From an uncultured Candidatus Saccharibacteria bacterium (GTDB lineage Bacteria; Patescibacteriota; Saccharimonadia; Saccharimonadales; JAGQNJ01), in contig CAZBPY010000002.1 of assembly GCA_964493895.1 (NCBI GenBank), positions 3,351 through 67,350 of the forward strand: a DNA stretch of 64,000 bases, in the 5' to 3' direction. The translations under genes were made by a program, and so were the position numbers. Positions 54,090-63,944 of the stretch are shown here, one piece after another (position 1 is the stretch's first letter; each line of letters opens with the position of its first letter). The notes beneath the pieces were generated by a model, which saw only the letters and a list, made by a program, of their open reading frames with translations, was not told the DNA's origin and searched no databases.

Positions 54090-54389
54090 CTAGCTTCCGA
54101 TGTTAGTAAACACACCGACGGCTAACTCGGCCCAGATCCATAAGGTCAAAATCCCAACCAGCGCCGCTAAAATAAGTCGATTGATCTTAGTTCGCCTGGC
54201 CAAAAGCACAAATAAACTACCCATGCTAAACAGCAGCAGGCCCATGACGGCGAAGTCAAAGGGACTCCAGACCACCTCATTGCTAAACTGCATAGCAATC
54301 AACGGGATGAGCAAAACACCTGCAGTTCCAATCGCTACCCACCCAAAAGCGGCGTCTTGGTTGATAATGTCAGAATTCTTGGATTTCAC
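54090..54389 (-). CDS. hypothetical small membrane protein (3 TM)
   Basis: 99-aa ORF with three hydrophobic helices. No family recognised. Confidence 0.45.
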   Translation of the reverse strand: MKSKNSDIINQDAAFGWVAIGTAGVLLIPLIAMQFSNEVVWSPFDFAVMGLLLFSMGSLFVLLARRTKINRLILAALVGILTLWIWAELAVGVFTNIGS

Positions 54390-54495
54390 ACTTATACTCC
54401 TGTTTGCACACTATATTATACCAGGAACTTACGGCAGCAACCTGGACTTTCTGGTCCTAATATATTAAAGTATACATTGCATTATACTAGGAGCT

Positions 54496-54975
54496 GTGAT
54501 GTTCTCTCCAGAACAAGACAAATTAGTAGTGAACCATGCTGAAGCCCCAGGCTGCTTATACACCCTTAGCCACCCAACCGAGGAAATAGCCGCCGGCGAA
54601 TTGCTTGAATTGGTTGATTTCCAAAACTCCGCTTTGGGCATTGGTTCACACATAGCGCTAGGTACACGAGTTTTTAAAGAGGCAATCATGGCAGTAAGGT
54701 CAGCTTCATCTGATTCAACGCATATAGATAATGACGGGCCATATAAAGATCCATTCTTGCACGTCTATAGACTGCCAGGTAGCCCGAAGGGGATGACTGT
54801 TTGGACAACACCCAATGTCCATCTGCGTTTAGCAGACTTCTACTTAGGAGTGCAGGCTCTAAAAGATTACTATGATGACTTAACTGATGAAGAGCGTTTA
54901 GTTGTATTTGCTGAAAAGGGCCGCTTAGTTGTTCACGACGTTCTCTACGACGACCAGGTACAAGAATTAGCTTGA
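54496..54975 (+). CDS. hypothetical protein (159 aa)
   Basis: ORF preceded by TAGGAG. No family recognised. Confidence 0.45.
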   Translation: MMFSPEQDKLVVNHAEAPGCLYTLSHPTEEIAAGELLELVDFQNSALGIGSHIALGTRVFKEAIMAVRSASSDSTHIDNDGPYKDPFLHVYRLPGSPKGMTVWTTPNVHLRLADFYLGVQALKDYYDDLTDEERLVVFAEKGRLVVHDVLYDDQVQELA

Positions 54976-55030
54976 CGCCTATTCTCTGCCAATTGAAGCG
55001 ATGCATCGTGCTTTTTGTACCAAATAAAAT

Positions 55031-55058
55031 GATACACTCAGTGTGTATAGAGTGTATC
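55031..55058 (-). terminator. terminator-like hairpin downstream of tRNA-Gln
   Basis: GATACACTC-N10-GAGTGTATC is a perfect 9-bp stem, followed on the minus strand by ATTTTATTT. Confidence 0.4.
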
Positions 55059-55153
55059 AAAATTGAAAGGTGCCGTCGGGCGGAGTTGGTTCACACTCCG
55101 CGCTGCAAAAGAAAAAGCCGCCCGAACGGCGACCAATTCCTAAAAATTCCTCA

Positions 55154-55228
55154 TGGCTGGGGCGGAGGGATTCGAACCCCCGAATGCCAGGACCAAAACC
55201 TGGTGCCTTACCACTTGGCCACGCCCCA
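55154..55228 (-). tRNA. tRNA-Gln (anticodon TTG), encoded CCA
   Basis: Reverse complement reads TGGGGCGTGGCCAAGTGGTAAGGCACCAGGTTTTGGTCCTGGCATTCGGGGGTTCGAATCCCTCCGCCCCAGCCA, with anticodon loop TTTTGGT. Confidence 0.9.
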
Positions 55229-55332
55229 TTGCTTTTGGCCGGCCAGGCTCAAATTAACAGATGAATTGTACATTACAACAGAGAAAAAAGCTACTACCAA
55301 AACAGCAGCTTTAGCGGTATAATATACCTAAT

Positions 55333-56226
55333 ATGCGTGTGATTGAGCCCCGCAAACCGGTTCGGCGGCCGACGGCTAAGAAGCAGCCTAAAAAGCGGCC
55401 GATCAAGACTATGGTAGGTCTAGCTATTTTAGTGGCGGCCAGTGTTGGTTTGCTGCAGCTGGCTAATAATTACAAGAACACAGCACTTGGACGGCCGGAC
55501 AATTCGAAACAAATTGCTACGGCCACCTCAGTTCAAGAATTAGAGCAAGTCGCCAGCGCCCAGGACATAAAGTTCAAATTCTTTACCGGGGACCAGTTCC
55601 AGCGGTTATATGAAGAATTAAACTTCCCTAACACTCAAAAACTGCTTCAGCCGCCAGAGATCACCGGCAACCAGGCAGCCGATGCCAGAATAAAAATCAT
55701 TGCCGAAAGCCGGGGCTATACTTTGCGCAGTGTGCCGGTTCTGCCAATTATCAAAACAAATGAACCGCGCTTGACCAATGACGACCTCCTGCAGCCAAAA
55801 GCTTACAGCGGCTGGTTGGTTCTAAAGGATATGGCTGCCAAGGAAGGCATTCCGCTTCGGTTAAACTCAGGTTATCGGTCAATTGAGGCCCAACGTGAGT
55901 TGTTTCTGTCCAGACTCCTAGCCAATGGCGGCGATCCAGCTCGAATTGCTGCTGGCTTGGCTGATGACGCTGTGGTGCAAACCCTAGCCCTAACCGCTCC
56001 GCCGGGCTATTCTAGACATCATACAGGTTACACAATTGATTTGATGTGTGAAGGCAGCGGAAACTTCAAGACTTCACCATGCTTTAGGTGGTTAAGCGCC
56101 GATAATTATAATAAAACCAAACGAGCCGGTTGGATACCAAGCTATCCTGAAGATGCTTTAGAACAGGGACCCGAACCAGAAGCCTGGGAATATGTCTGGG
56201 TTGGACTAGCCCAAGTTACCGAGTAG
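55333..56226 (+). CDS. M15-family D-alanyl-D-alanine carboxypeptidase-like protein (VanY-type)
   Basis: 297 aa with a basic N-terminus and TM helix. LNSGYRSIEAQRELF and SRHHTGYTIDL provide zinc-ligand motifs of the VanY/M15B type. Confidence 0.8.
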   Translation: MRVIEPRKPVRRPTAKKQPKKRPIKTMVGLAILVAASVGLLQLANNYKNTALGRPDNSKQIATATSVQELEQVASAQDIKFKFFTGDQFQRLYEELNFPNTQKLLQPPEITGNQAADARIKIIAESRGYTLRSVPVLPIIKTNEPRLTNDDLLQPKAYSGWLVLKDMAAKEGIPLRLNSGYRSIEAQRELFLSRLLANGGDPARIAAGLADDAVVQTLALTAPPGYSRHHTGYTIDLMCEGSGNFKTSPCFRWLSADNYNKTKRAGWIPSYPEDALEQGPEPEAWEYVWVGLAQVTE

Positions 56227-56806
56227 CCTGTTGATCCTGCCAAATGCAATAGGCTGTATATAAACACCAGGCTTGTACGTTCAGCACCAAAAACATCTGG
56301 AACCAGGCGGCGTAGGCATTTAATACATGAATTGCTAAAGTTACCCCCAGGATGCCCAGCAGGGCTATGTGAAAGAAAACCTTACTCCCCTGCCTAAGGG
56401 CGCCATGGGCTCGCTGGCTTATCTGGAAAATAACAAATGTATAACCAAGGACCGATAGATTAGCTGCACCAGCGTGGACAACGCTCCAAAAACTTCCTTC
56501 ATCAAAAGGGTTGTAAGGACTCCAGCCGGCGATGATAAAAAAGATTGAGCAAATAATCGCAAACTTGAATACATCTTTCCAGAAATGTCGGAGTGCCAGA
56601 GTGAAGATTGTAAACAAAACGGCAATTATGGTTAGTACTGACCCAAAGAAAGTGGCTAGTTCTGGATAGTAATACGGCAACGCCGAAAGCGGTTTATTGA
56701 AGTCGAGGTTGGAGAAAGTTAGAACAATAACGAAACAGAACCACTCAAACACCACAACTAAAGGCGCGCATAACAGTGTAAGCTTCTGCCACCTTGTCAT
56801 TGTCAC
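56216..56806 (-). CDS. hypothetical polytopic membrane protein
   Basis: 196-aa ORF with about six TM helices. No family recognised. Confidence 0.5.
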   Translation of the reverse strand: MTMTRWQKLTLLCAPLVVVFEWFCFVIVLTFSNLDFNKPLSALPYYYPELATFFGSVLTIIAVLFTIFTLALRHFWKDVFKFAIICSIFFIIAGWSPYNPFDEGSFWSVVHAGAANLSVLGYTFVIFQISQRAHGALRQGSKVFFHIALLGILGVTLAIHVLNAYAAWFQMFLVLNVQAWCLYTAYCIWQDQQATR

Positions 56807-56838
56807 ATAATACCAAAAAACAACAAACTCGTGTCTGG

Positions 56839-57609
56839 CTAATAATTTGGAGCTGGTGGCAAACCAAAGAACTGCTCTAGTGTCTGACTGGCTTTATTAA
56901 GCTCAGCTGCAAGTTCTGGACCAACGTATCTTAGGTGCCAGGGTTCGTAGGAATAGCCAACTATAGCTTCTAGACCACTGGGGTATCTAATAACAAATCC
57001 ATACTTGTAGGCATTTGCCGCCACCCATCGCCCTTCTGGTGTTTGATCAAAGCAAGTATCCAACTGACATAACCCCGATACTGTGCCGACATCGGCAGCT
57101 AGTCCGGTCTGATGCTCGCTGTGGCCAGGACGAGCACTAGTTCTGTCAGCGCTAGCCTGCCCTTCTCTAGCGACGTTGCCACTGTAAACACTTTGCTGCA
57201 GACCATATGATCGATAGCCGCTGACCAGCACTAAATTGATGCCTTGGCCGGCGGCATCTGTGGCCATCCTTTCGAGAGCGCTGGCAGCTTCGTCACGCAG
57301 TAACATTTCATTAGAGCCGCTGGAACGAAGCCGAATTTGAGGCGATCGTAAGCCGTTTGGTACATAAGATGCCGGTATTGGCCGTTGTTTGTTGGCGATA
57401 AACCACAAACTGGCTGGTTCATCTATCGAGTATAGGCCTTTGTTAAAGCCGGCTGCCTGCTCTTGACTTGGATTATCATTAGGCTGTTGGCCAAACAGCC
57501 AGGTTGGTGCTCCAGCGCTGCCCGACCACCTCCATAAAACCAGCAAGACAACCAAGCAAAAAAGTCCAACCAAAAGCAAAGTTTGTTGGTGTTTTCGAAA
57601 CCATGACAT
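56839..57609 (-). CDS. M15-family D-alanyl-D-alanine carboxypeptidase (VanY-type)
   Basis: 256 aa with a TM anchor. VSGYRSYGLQ, GHSEHQTGLAADV and EPWHLRYVG are present. Confidence 0.85.
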   Translation of the reverse strand: MSWFRKHQQTLLLVGLFCLVVLLVLWRWSGSAGAPTWLFGQQPNDNPSQEQAAGFNKGLYSIDEPASLWFIANKQRPIPASYVPNGLRSPQIRLRSSGSNEMLLRDEAASALERMATDAAGQGINLVLVSGYRSYGLQQSVYSGNVAREGQASADRTSARPGHSEHQTGLAADVGTVSGLCQLDTCFDQTPEGRWVAANAYKYGFVIRYPSGLEAIVGYSYEPWHLRYVGPELAAELNKASQTLEQFFGLPPAPNY

Positions 57610-57657
57610 GTCGACTTAGTATAGCAAAATTGCTCAAACAAAATTATAGTAATAAAT

Positions 57658-58599
57658 ATGCAACAAACATCAATGGACGGTGTTCCAAAGTTGAACATCG
57701 ATAAATTCGTCAAGCCTCTATCCATTAACGGTTTACGGGGCCGGGTCATGCATATGCCAGCTCCCAAGAATAAAAAACGAGAAATCCTGCTAATTTACGG
57801 TCATCACGCCAGCCTCGAGCGGATGTATGGCTTTGCTACGGCTTTTAATCGCTATGGGGCCGTGACAGTGCCGGATATGCCGGGCTTTGGTGGCATGGAC
57901 AGTCTATATAAAATTGGCAAGAAGCCGGATCTTGATACCATGGCTGACTATTTAGCAGCTTTCATAAAGCTTCGTTATAAAAGGCGACCCATCACCATAA
58001 TTGCTATTTCATTGGGTTTTGCGGTGACAACCCGAATGTTGCAAAAATATCCTAATTTGACTAACCAGGTTACAACTAACATTAGTGCAATAGGTTTTGT
58101 TCACCGTGACGATGTATCAATCGCCAAGTTTAAAAAAGCGATTTTTCGCGGCTTAGCCAGGTTTTTATCTTTCAAGCTTCCCAGCATAATCGCTGGCTCT
58201 CTTATGCAGCCGCCCCTAATCCGCTGGATGTACCGAAAAAACAATATCAAGGCACATGACGCTACTGAAACCGAAGAAAGACGGCGCTATCGCATCGAGT
58301 TTGAAGTTTGGCTATGGCGCAACAACGATATTCGAACTCACTTCTACACCCTTTATCAAATGTTGAGCATGAATTTGTGCACTAAAAAAATCAATTTGCC
58401 AGTTTATCACGTGGCAGTTGAGGACGATCATTATATCAATAACTATCTTGTCGAGCAGCACATGCAGGTAATATATAGCGACTTTATAAAAATGCCTTTA
58501 ACGGGGCCAAAAGTTCACGCGCCAACAATTTTGGCAACCGCCAAAGAGGCTGGCGTGTTCATTCCATCACAGCTTCGACGACTACTTAACAAACAGTAA
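57658..58599 (+). CDS. alpha/beta hydrolase fold protein
   Basis: 313 aa. ILLIYGHHASLERM..PDMPGFGG and the nucleophile-elbow-like IAISLGFAV (an atypical GxSxG) are present. Function unknown. Confidence 0.55.
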   Translation: MQQTSMDGVPKLNIDKFVKPLSINGLRGRVMHMPAPKNKKREILLIYGHHASLERMYGFATAFNRYGAVTVPDMPGFGGMDSLYKIGKKPDLDTMADYLAAFIKLRYKRRPITIIAISLGFAVTTRMLQKYPNLTNQVTTNISAIGFVHRDDVSIAKFKKAIFRGLARFLSFKLPSIIAGSLMQPPLIRWMYRKNNIKAHDATETEERRRYRIEFEVWLWRNNDIRTHFYTLYQMLSMNLCTKKINLPVYHVAVEDDHYINNYLVEQHMQVIYSDFIKMPLTGPKVHAPTILATAKEAGVFIPSQLRRLLNKQ

Positions 58600-59744
58600 T
58601 GTATAATGGACTTATGCGAATTGGGATTGTTTGTCCCTACGATATTTTTCGTGGCGGCGGTGTGCAAGAGCATGTATTGGCCCAGGCTGCCGAGCTGCGG
58701 CGCCGCGGACACATAGTCAAAATCATCACCCCCCGACCGTTAAAGGCTCCTAAAACTCCGCCCGCTAATGTAATCTTTATGGGTAGTTCAACCACCCTTA
58801 AAACACCGATTAGTACTTCGTTGGAGCTGGGTGCCACCTTCACCCGTGACGGCATAGACGACATGCTCTCAAAAGGACGTTTCGATATATTGCATGTTCA
58901 CGAACCCGAGGTCCCAGTATTAGGCGGCCAAGTCATCGCCAAGGCAACCTGCCCGGTGGTAGCCACCTTCCATGCCATCCACCCGGATACCCCGCTAGCT
59001 CGCAGTATTGAAGCTCTGCGCATTCCCTACTCCAAATCAATCTTTTCCAAACTTTCCGGAATTACAGCTGTCTCTGATGTGGCTGCTAGTTTTGTCCGGC
59101 AGCAGACTGGTCGCCGGGTAAGGATAATCCCTAACGGCATCGATTTAGAAAAATATAAGTCGGATCTGCCAGTTGAGCCAGTTGACGATGTTAAAACTAT
59201 CCTCTATGTTGGCCGGCTGGAAAAGCGAAAAGGGGTGCAGTATCTATTGCGAGCTTTTACTCGTTTAACAAAGACTCATCCGCAACTCCGTTTACAGGTT
59301 GTTGGCGATGGGCCTGACCGCGATAAATTAAAAGCGTTTGTTAAAACTAGACGACTTTCTAATGTACACTTTTACGGTTATGTTGACGAGCCGACTAAGA
59401 TCAAAATGTTGCAGCTGGCAACGGTCTTTTGCTCACCAGCTTTGTACGGCGAGAGTTTTGGCATTGTACTATTGGAAGCGATGGCCGCCGGTACAGTGGT
59501 GGTGGCTGGCAATAATGACGGCTATGCCGCAGTAATGCAGGGCAAGGGTGCTATATCGCTGGTAGATCCAAAGGACATCAAAGCTTTTGCTCAGCGGCTG
59601 GGGCTGATGTTGAACGATGAGACGGAGCGCCAGGCTTGGCAGTCCTGGGCCAAAACTTATGTCAAGCATTTCAGCTATGACAAAATCGTCGACAAATATG
59701 AGGCCCTGTACAAACGAATTGTTGAGTCAAAGGACCAAAAGTGA
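58599..59744 (+). CDS. glycosyltransferase family 4 (GT-B)
   Basis: 381 aa. The ATG overlaps the upstream stop (TAATG); an alternative ATG at 58614 gives MRIGIVCPY. GRLEKRKG and ESFGIVLLEAMAAG are typical of GT4. Confidence 0.85.
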   Translation: MYNGLMRIGIVCPYDIFRGGGVQEHVLAQAAELRRRGHIVKIITPRPLKAPKTPPANVIFMGSSTTLKTPISTSLELGATFTRDGIDDMLSKGRFDILHVHEPEVPVLGGQVIAKATCPVVATFHAIHPDTPLARSIEALRIPYSKSIFSKLSGITAVSDVAASFVRQQTGRRVRIIPNGIDLEKYKSDLPVEPVDDVKTILYVGRLEKRKGVQYLLRAFTRLTKTHPQLRLQVVGDGPDRDKLKAFVKTRRLSNVHFYGYVDEPTKIKMLQLATVFCSPALYGESFGIVLLEAMAAGTVVVAGNNDGYAAVMQGKGAISLVDPKDIKAFAQRLGLMLNDETERQAWQSWAKTYVKHFSYDKIVDKYEALYKRIVESKDQK

Positions 59745-60868
59745 AAATTGGCTTTGTTTTGGATGACACTTTGGACACCGCTGATGGTATTCAGCAATAC
59801 ATATTATTGCTGGGATCGTGGCTGACCGATCACGGGCATGACGTTCATTACCTGGTCGCGACCTCCAGGCGCAACGATCGACCTAATATTCGCTCTCTGG
59901 CTCGACAGTTTAGGGTTAAGTTCAATCGCAATGTGGTGCCCCTAGCCTTACCGACATCAGCTAGAAAAATTGCTTCAGTGCTAGATTGGGAAAAGTTTGA
60001 TGTGCTGCATATTCAGCTGCCCTATAATCCAGCGTTCGGAGCTAGAGTGGTTGGGCTTTGTCCGCCAGGTACGGCACTAATCGGAACCTTTCACATTATG
60101 CCCTACGCCAAGACCGAGGAATTTTTAACCAAGGTCTTGGGCTATTGGCTGAAGCCAACGCTTGGACGTTTCGATCAAGTTATCAGCGTTTCGCCACCAG
60201 CTCAACAGTTTGCCAGACAAACTCTAAAACTTGAATCAGTGGTAGTGCCTAATATGGTTGACATTAAGGAGTTCAAGCTAGTCGAAAAGAAGCCTGACAA
60301 CCAAGTTCCTCACTTGGTATTCATCGGTCGTTTGGTTGAAAGAAAGGGTTGTCATCATTTTCTTCGGGCTTTGGCGCTGCTTGATCGGCCGTTTAAGGTC
60401 ACAATTATTGGCGACGGAAGCCAACGCTCCAAGCTCCAAAGATTAGCCGAAAAATTAAGACTTAATGAAAAGTTAGAATTCGTTGGTTTTGTCAGCGAAA
60501 GCCGTAAACGCCAAGTCCTTAGCCAGGCTGATATAGCAGTCTTTCCCTCAACTGGCGGCGAAAGCTTCGGAATTGTCCTAATTGAAGCCATGTCAGCCGG
60601 ATCTTGCGTCGTTCTAGCCGGTAATAACCCTGGCTACTCCAGTGTTATGAGCAAAGCGCCTGATAGTTTGTTTGATCCAACTGATCATCAGGGATTCGCT
60701 GCCAAGATTTCCGAAGTAATTAATAATCCATCGGTAGCCGACAAGCTCTACAAGCAGCAGCAAAAATTAGTCAAACAATTTGATGTTGGTGTGGTTAGCA
60801 AACAGATTGTCAATATTTACCAAAAGGCCATTGATAAACGGACAGAAAAGCAGCATACTAGTCAGTAA
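59741..60868 (+). CDS. glycosyltransferase family 4 (GT-B), paralogue of the upstream gene
   Basis: 375 aa with a GTGA overlap to the upstream gene. GRLVERKG and ESFGIVLIEAMSAG are present. Confidence 0.85.
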   Translation: MKIGFVLDDTLDTADGIQQYILLLGSWLTDHGHDVHYLVATSRRNDRPNIRSLARQFRVKFNRNVVPLALPTSARKIASVLDWEKFDVLHIQLPYNPAFGARVVGLCPPGTALIGTFHIMPYAKTEEFLTKVLGYWLKPTLGRFDQVISVSPPAQQFARQTLKLESVVVPNMVDIKEFKLVEKKPDNQVPHLVFIGRLVERKGCHHFLRALALLDRPFKVTIIGDGSQRSKLQRLAEKLRLNEKLEFVGFVSESRKRQVLSQADIAVFPSTGGESFGIVLIEAMSAGSCVVLAGNNPGYSSVMSKAPDSLFDPTDHQGFAAKISEVINNPSVADKLYKQQQKLVKQFDVGVVSKQIVNIYQKAIDKRTEKQHTSQ

Positions 60869-60869
60869 C

Positions 60870-61964
60870 ATGAGCTTTTTGAATGACAAACAAATTACTG
60901 TAACGTTTACAGACCGCACTATCGTTCGAATTGTTGTCATTATCGTGCTAACACTATTAGGTATCTTATTTTTCAATCGAATTGCTGATGCCTTAGTGTT
61001 AATATTTCTTTCATTTTTCCTAGCAATCGCTCTGAACCCAGCTGTCAGTTGGCTGAGTCGTCGACTACACATCAAAAGTCGATTGCGGGCAACAGGTATA
61101 GCATATCTGATTGTTCTGGCCATTATTGTCGGATTCTTGGCGCTGATTGTTCCTCCTCTAATGAGGCAAACAGATGCATTTATTCAAAACCTGCCGGATA
61201 CGATCGAACGATATACCAATGAAGACAGTGCGATTATGCGCCTGGTTCGCGAACATAATCTTGAGCAAGATGTAGAAGAAGGTATACAGAACCTGCGCAA
61301 CCATGTACGTACCTTCGGCAGTTCGGCAATCTCTACGGCTGGCAGGGTATTAAGCCTGATTGTTTCGCTGATTGCAGTTCTAGTCATGACTTTCATGATG
61401 CTTGTTGAAGGACCCATGTGGTTAGAAAAGTTTTGGGAGACCCAAGACGCTAAAAAGAGTGAACGTACTAGGCGGGTTCTGACCAAAATGTATAAAGTTG
61501 TGACCGGTTACGTTAACGGTCAGCTGCTCATCGCTTTAATTGCCGGATTTTTCTCGTTGATTGCTCTAATTATTGCCAGTACGGTTTTGGGTGTTTCTGT
61601 CAACGCCGTGGTTTATGCTCTAATCATCACCCTAACAGCCCTGATACCAATGTTTGGAGCAACCATCGGTGCCGTAATTGTGGTGGCGCTGTGTGCCTTT
61701 GTGTCTTGGCCGCTGGCATTGATCATGGCCGCCTTTTTCTTGGTATACCAACAGATTGAAAACGCAACCATTCAACCCGGAATTCAAGCTCGCCAGAACG
61801 AACTGACGCCGCTGCTAGTTTTCGTAGCTGCCTTAATCGGCATCTCGCTAGGCGGAATTCTAGGGGCCTTTATTGCTATTCCGGTAGCAGGTTGTTTGCG
61901 AGTTTGTCTGGTTGAGTACTACGGCGAGCGCCTTAGCGTCAAACCTTCGCGCGAGACCAAATAG
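60870..61964 (+). CDS. AI-2E (PerM/YhhT) family transporter
   Basis: Start moved to the ATG at 60870 (MSFLNDKQ), 2 nt after the GT4 stop. About 8 TM helices, with C-terminal QIENATIQPGIQ typical of the family. Confidence 0.85.
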   Translation: MSFLNDKQITVTFTDRTIVRIVVIIVLTLLGILFFNRIADALVLIFLSFFLAIALNPAVSWLSRRLHIKSRLRATGIAYLIVLAIIVGFLALIVPPLMRQTDAFIQNLPDTIERYTNEDSAIMRLVREHNLEQDVEEGIQNLRNHVRTFGSSAISTAGRVLSLIVSLIAVLVMTFMMLVEGPMWLEKFWETQDAKKSERTRRVLTKMYKVVTGYVNGQLLIALIAGFFSLIALIIASTVLGVSVNAVVYALIITLTALIPMFGATIGAVIVVALCAFVSWPLALIMAAFFLVYQQIENATIQPGIQARQNELTPLLVFVAALIGISLGGILGAFIAIPVAGCLRVCLVEYYGERLSVKPSRETK

Positions 61965-63309
61965 CTCCCTGCTCGGTATCGCGCACCAAAATCCTCTCTT
62001 GAGCCAACTGATCCCGCAGTTCATCTGATTTTGCCCAGTCTCTCTCGGCCCGGGCCTGCTGGCGCTTGGCCATCAAATCCTTAACCTTTTGTGAAACATC
62101 ATCTTGCAGCAAATTGATGCCCAGCAGATCACCGATAGCTTTTAGCACATCTTGAGAAGGTGCAGCCAACCGATTCTCGGCTTTGTCAAAATATTCATCA
62201 ATCATTGCTAACACCCCTGGCGTGTCCAGATCGTCCTGAAGCTTTTCAAGTATATCGCCAGGCTCTAATCCGTGAGCCTCAGACTTCAGTTGCCACCTAA
62301 GATCAGCCGTAGCCTGCCAACGATTTAATCGGCTTTGGGCCGCCTCTAAAATCTCCCAGGTAAAATTACCTTCGGTCCGATAGTGCTTACTCAAAACCAT
62401 TAACTTGAAGGCTTGCAAATCAAAACCCTTGTCCTGCAGGTCCTGCAGGGTATAGATGTTACCAAGGCTCTTGGCCATCTTGGTGCCATTAACCTTCATA
62501 TGATTAGCATGCATCCACAGCTGGGCAAATTGCTTGCCAGTGACAGATTCAGTCTGAGCAATTTCGTTAGTGTGATGGACTGGAATATGATCGATACCGC
62601 CGGTGTGAATATCAATCTGATCGCCCAACAGCTCGCGGGCCATCACCGAACATTCCAAATGCCAACCGGGAAAGCCTTTGCCCCACGGGCTATCCCACTC
62701 CATATCACGTTTTTCATCGGGACTACTAAGCTTCCAAACGGCAAAATCTGTCGGGTTTTTCTTGCCGGTATCAGCTACCCGAGCCCCGAATTGCAGTCCT
62801 TTAATATCTAGACGGGCCAGTTGGCCGTAGTCTTTTAGCCTACTGGTGTCAAAGTAAACTCCATCGGGCAGCGTGTAGGTGTAGCCCTTGTTTTCCAGAT
62901 CCTGCACAAAAGCAATTTGCTGCGAGATGTAATCCGTTGCCCGCGGCAGATGATCAGGCCGCGTCAGGCCCAGCAGTTCGTAGCCTTCCTTATCAGCGAT
63001 TTTGATATACTTTTCGGCTACATCCCAAGCAGTTTTACCTTCTCGAAGAGCCGCCACCGACATCTTATCCTCGCCGGCATCTTCATCAGATGTCAAGTGG
63101 CCAACATCGGTTATGTTTTGAACGTGCTTGACTTTGAAACCGCTAGCCCGCAGCGTCCGCACCAACACATCCCAGTAAATATAAGCCACCCAGTTGCCAA
63201 TATGCGGATGGCTGTAGACCGTCAAGCCACAGACATACAGTTTAATCACCTTATCGTGCAACGGCTTAACGTTCTCAACTTGTCTGGTTAACGTATTATG
63301 CAGCTTCAT
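61939..63309 (-). CDS. cysS: cysteine--tRNA ligase
   Basis: 456 aa. HIGH region YSHPHIGN, zinc-site region HLECS, and KMSKS as KMAKSLGN. Confidence 0.95.
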   Translation of the reverse strand: MKLHNTLTRQVENVKPLHDKVIKLYVCGLTVYSHPHIGNWVAYIYWDVLVRTLRASGFKVKHVQNITDVGHLTSDEDAGEDKMSVAALREGKTAWDVAEKYIKIADKEGYELLGLTRPDHLPRATDYISQQIAFVQDLENKGYTYTLPDGVYFDTSRLKDYGQLARLDIKGLQFGARVADTGKKNPTDFAVWKLSSPDEKRDMEWDSPWGKGFPGWHLECSVMARELLGDQIDIHTGGIDHIPVHHTNEIAQTESVTGKQFAQLWMHANHMKVNGTKMAKSLGNIYTLQDLQDKGFDLQAFKLMVLSKHYRTEGNFTWEILEAAQSRLNRWQATADLRWQLKSEAHGLEPGDILEKLQDDLDTPGVLAMIDEYFDKAENRLAAPSQDVLKAIGDLLGINLLQDDVSQKVKDLMAKRQQARAERDWAKSDELRDQLAQERILVRDTEQGAIWSRAKV

Positions 63310-63310
63310 A

Positions 63311-63943
63311 TCATTCCAAACTATAGCGAGCTAAATCTGTGCTATCAAGTTCTTCAAAGCATGTTCGGAAGAATTCGATCGGTTCATGGCGATAGGCACC
63401 AGAACCATCTTCATTTGGATCGTGGAATACTACTTCTTCATCAGTAATATCAACTATAACCACCCTATGAATAGACAGACCGCCTTTTCGAGCAATTTTA
63501 CGACCGTTCACCGTAAGATCGCAGATCCCAGGTTTATTAAATTCGCTTACAACAACTTTCCAGGTCGGTCTCATTCTGATAAATTTAAAGTTTGGATGGT
63601 TCCAAACAACATCTAGCTGCTGACTGACGGCCGAAAGATCATAGCTGTTATCTTTGTAGTAATTGTATTCTTTTTCGGGCAAAGTGCGGCGTAGATGGTG
63701 CTCTCCCTCTCTAGCCCAGGCCTCATAGTCAAAATCCTCAATGGCAGTGATTTTCAGGCCATGATCCATTAACCATTTCCAGATTGGGTAAGCCCAGACA
63801 ACATACCCCCTGTGCCAGTTCCCTATTTTACCTAACTGCTCAAAGGTTACACCCTTATCAGGCAGCAGATACTGGGCTGCCATAGTGTAGCAGGCCAAGG
63901 CGCAGGCATTGCCTGGATTGGCGTGATACGGAACTGATTGCAT
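63311..63943 (-). CDS. hypothetical protein, possibly papain-like (C39-like) cysteine peptidase fold
   Basis: 210 aa. N-terminal PGNACALACYTMAAQYL resembles the catalytic Cys context of C39-like peptidases, and a later IHRVVIVD could supply His/Asp. Weak call. Confidence 0.35.
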   Translation of the reverse strand: MQSVPYHANPGNACALACYTMAAQYLLPDKGVTFEQLGKIGNWHRGYVVWAYPIWKWLMDHGLKITAIEDFDYEAWAREGEHHLRRTLPEKEYNYYKDNSYDLSAVSQQLDVVWNHPNFKFIRMRPTWKVVVSEFNKPGICDLTVNGRKIARKGGLSIHRVVIVDITDEEVVFHDPNEDGSGAYRHEPIEFFRTCFEELDSTDLARYSLE

Positions 63944-63944
63944 T

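Noticed and set aside
54972-55322. 116-aa ORF and 64-aa ORF spanning 54972-55322
   Set aside because: They run through tRNA-Gln (55154-55228) and its terminator hairpins, so they are spurious.
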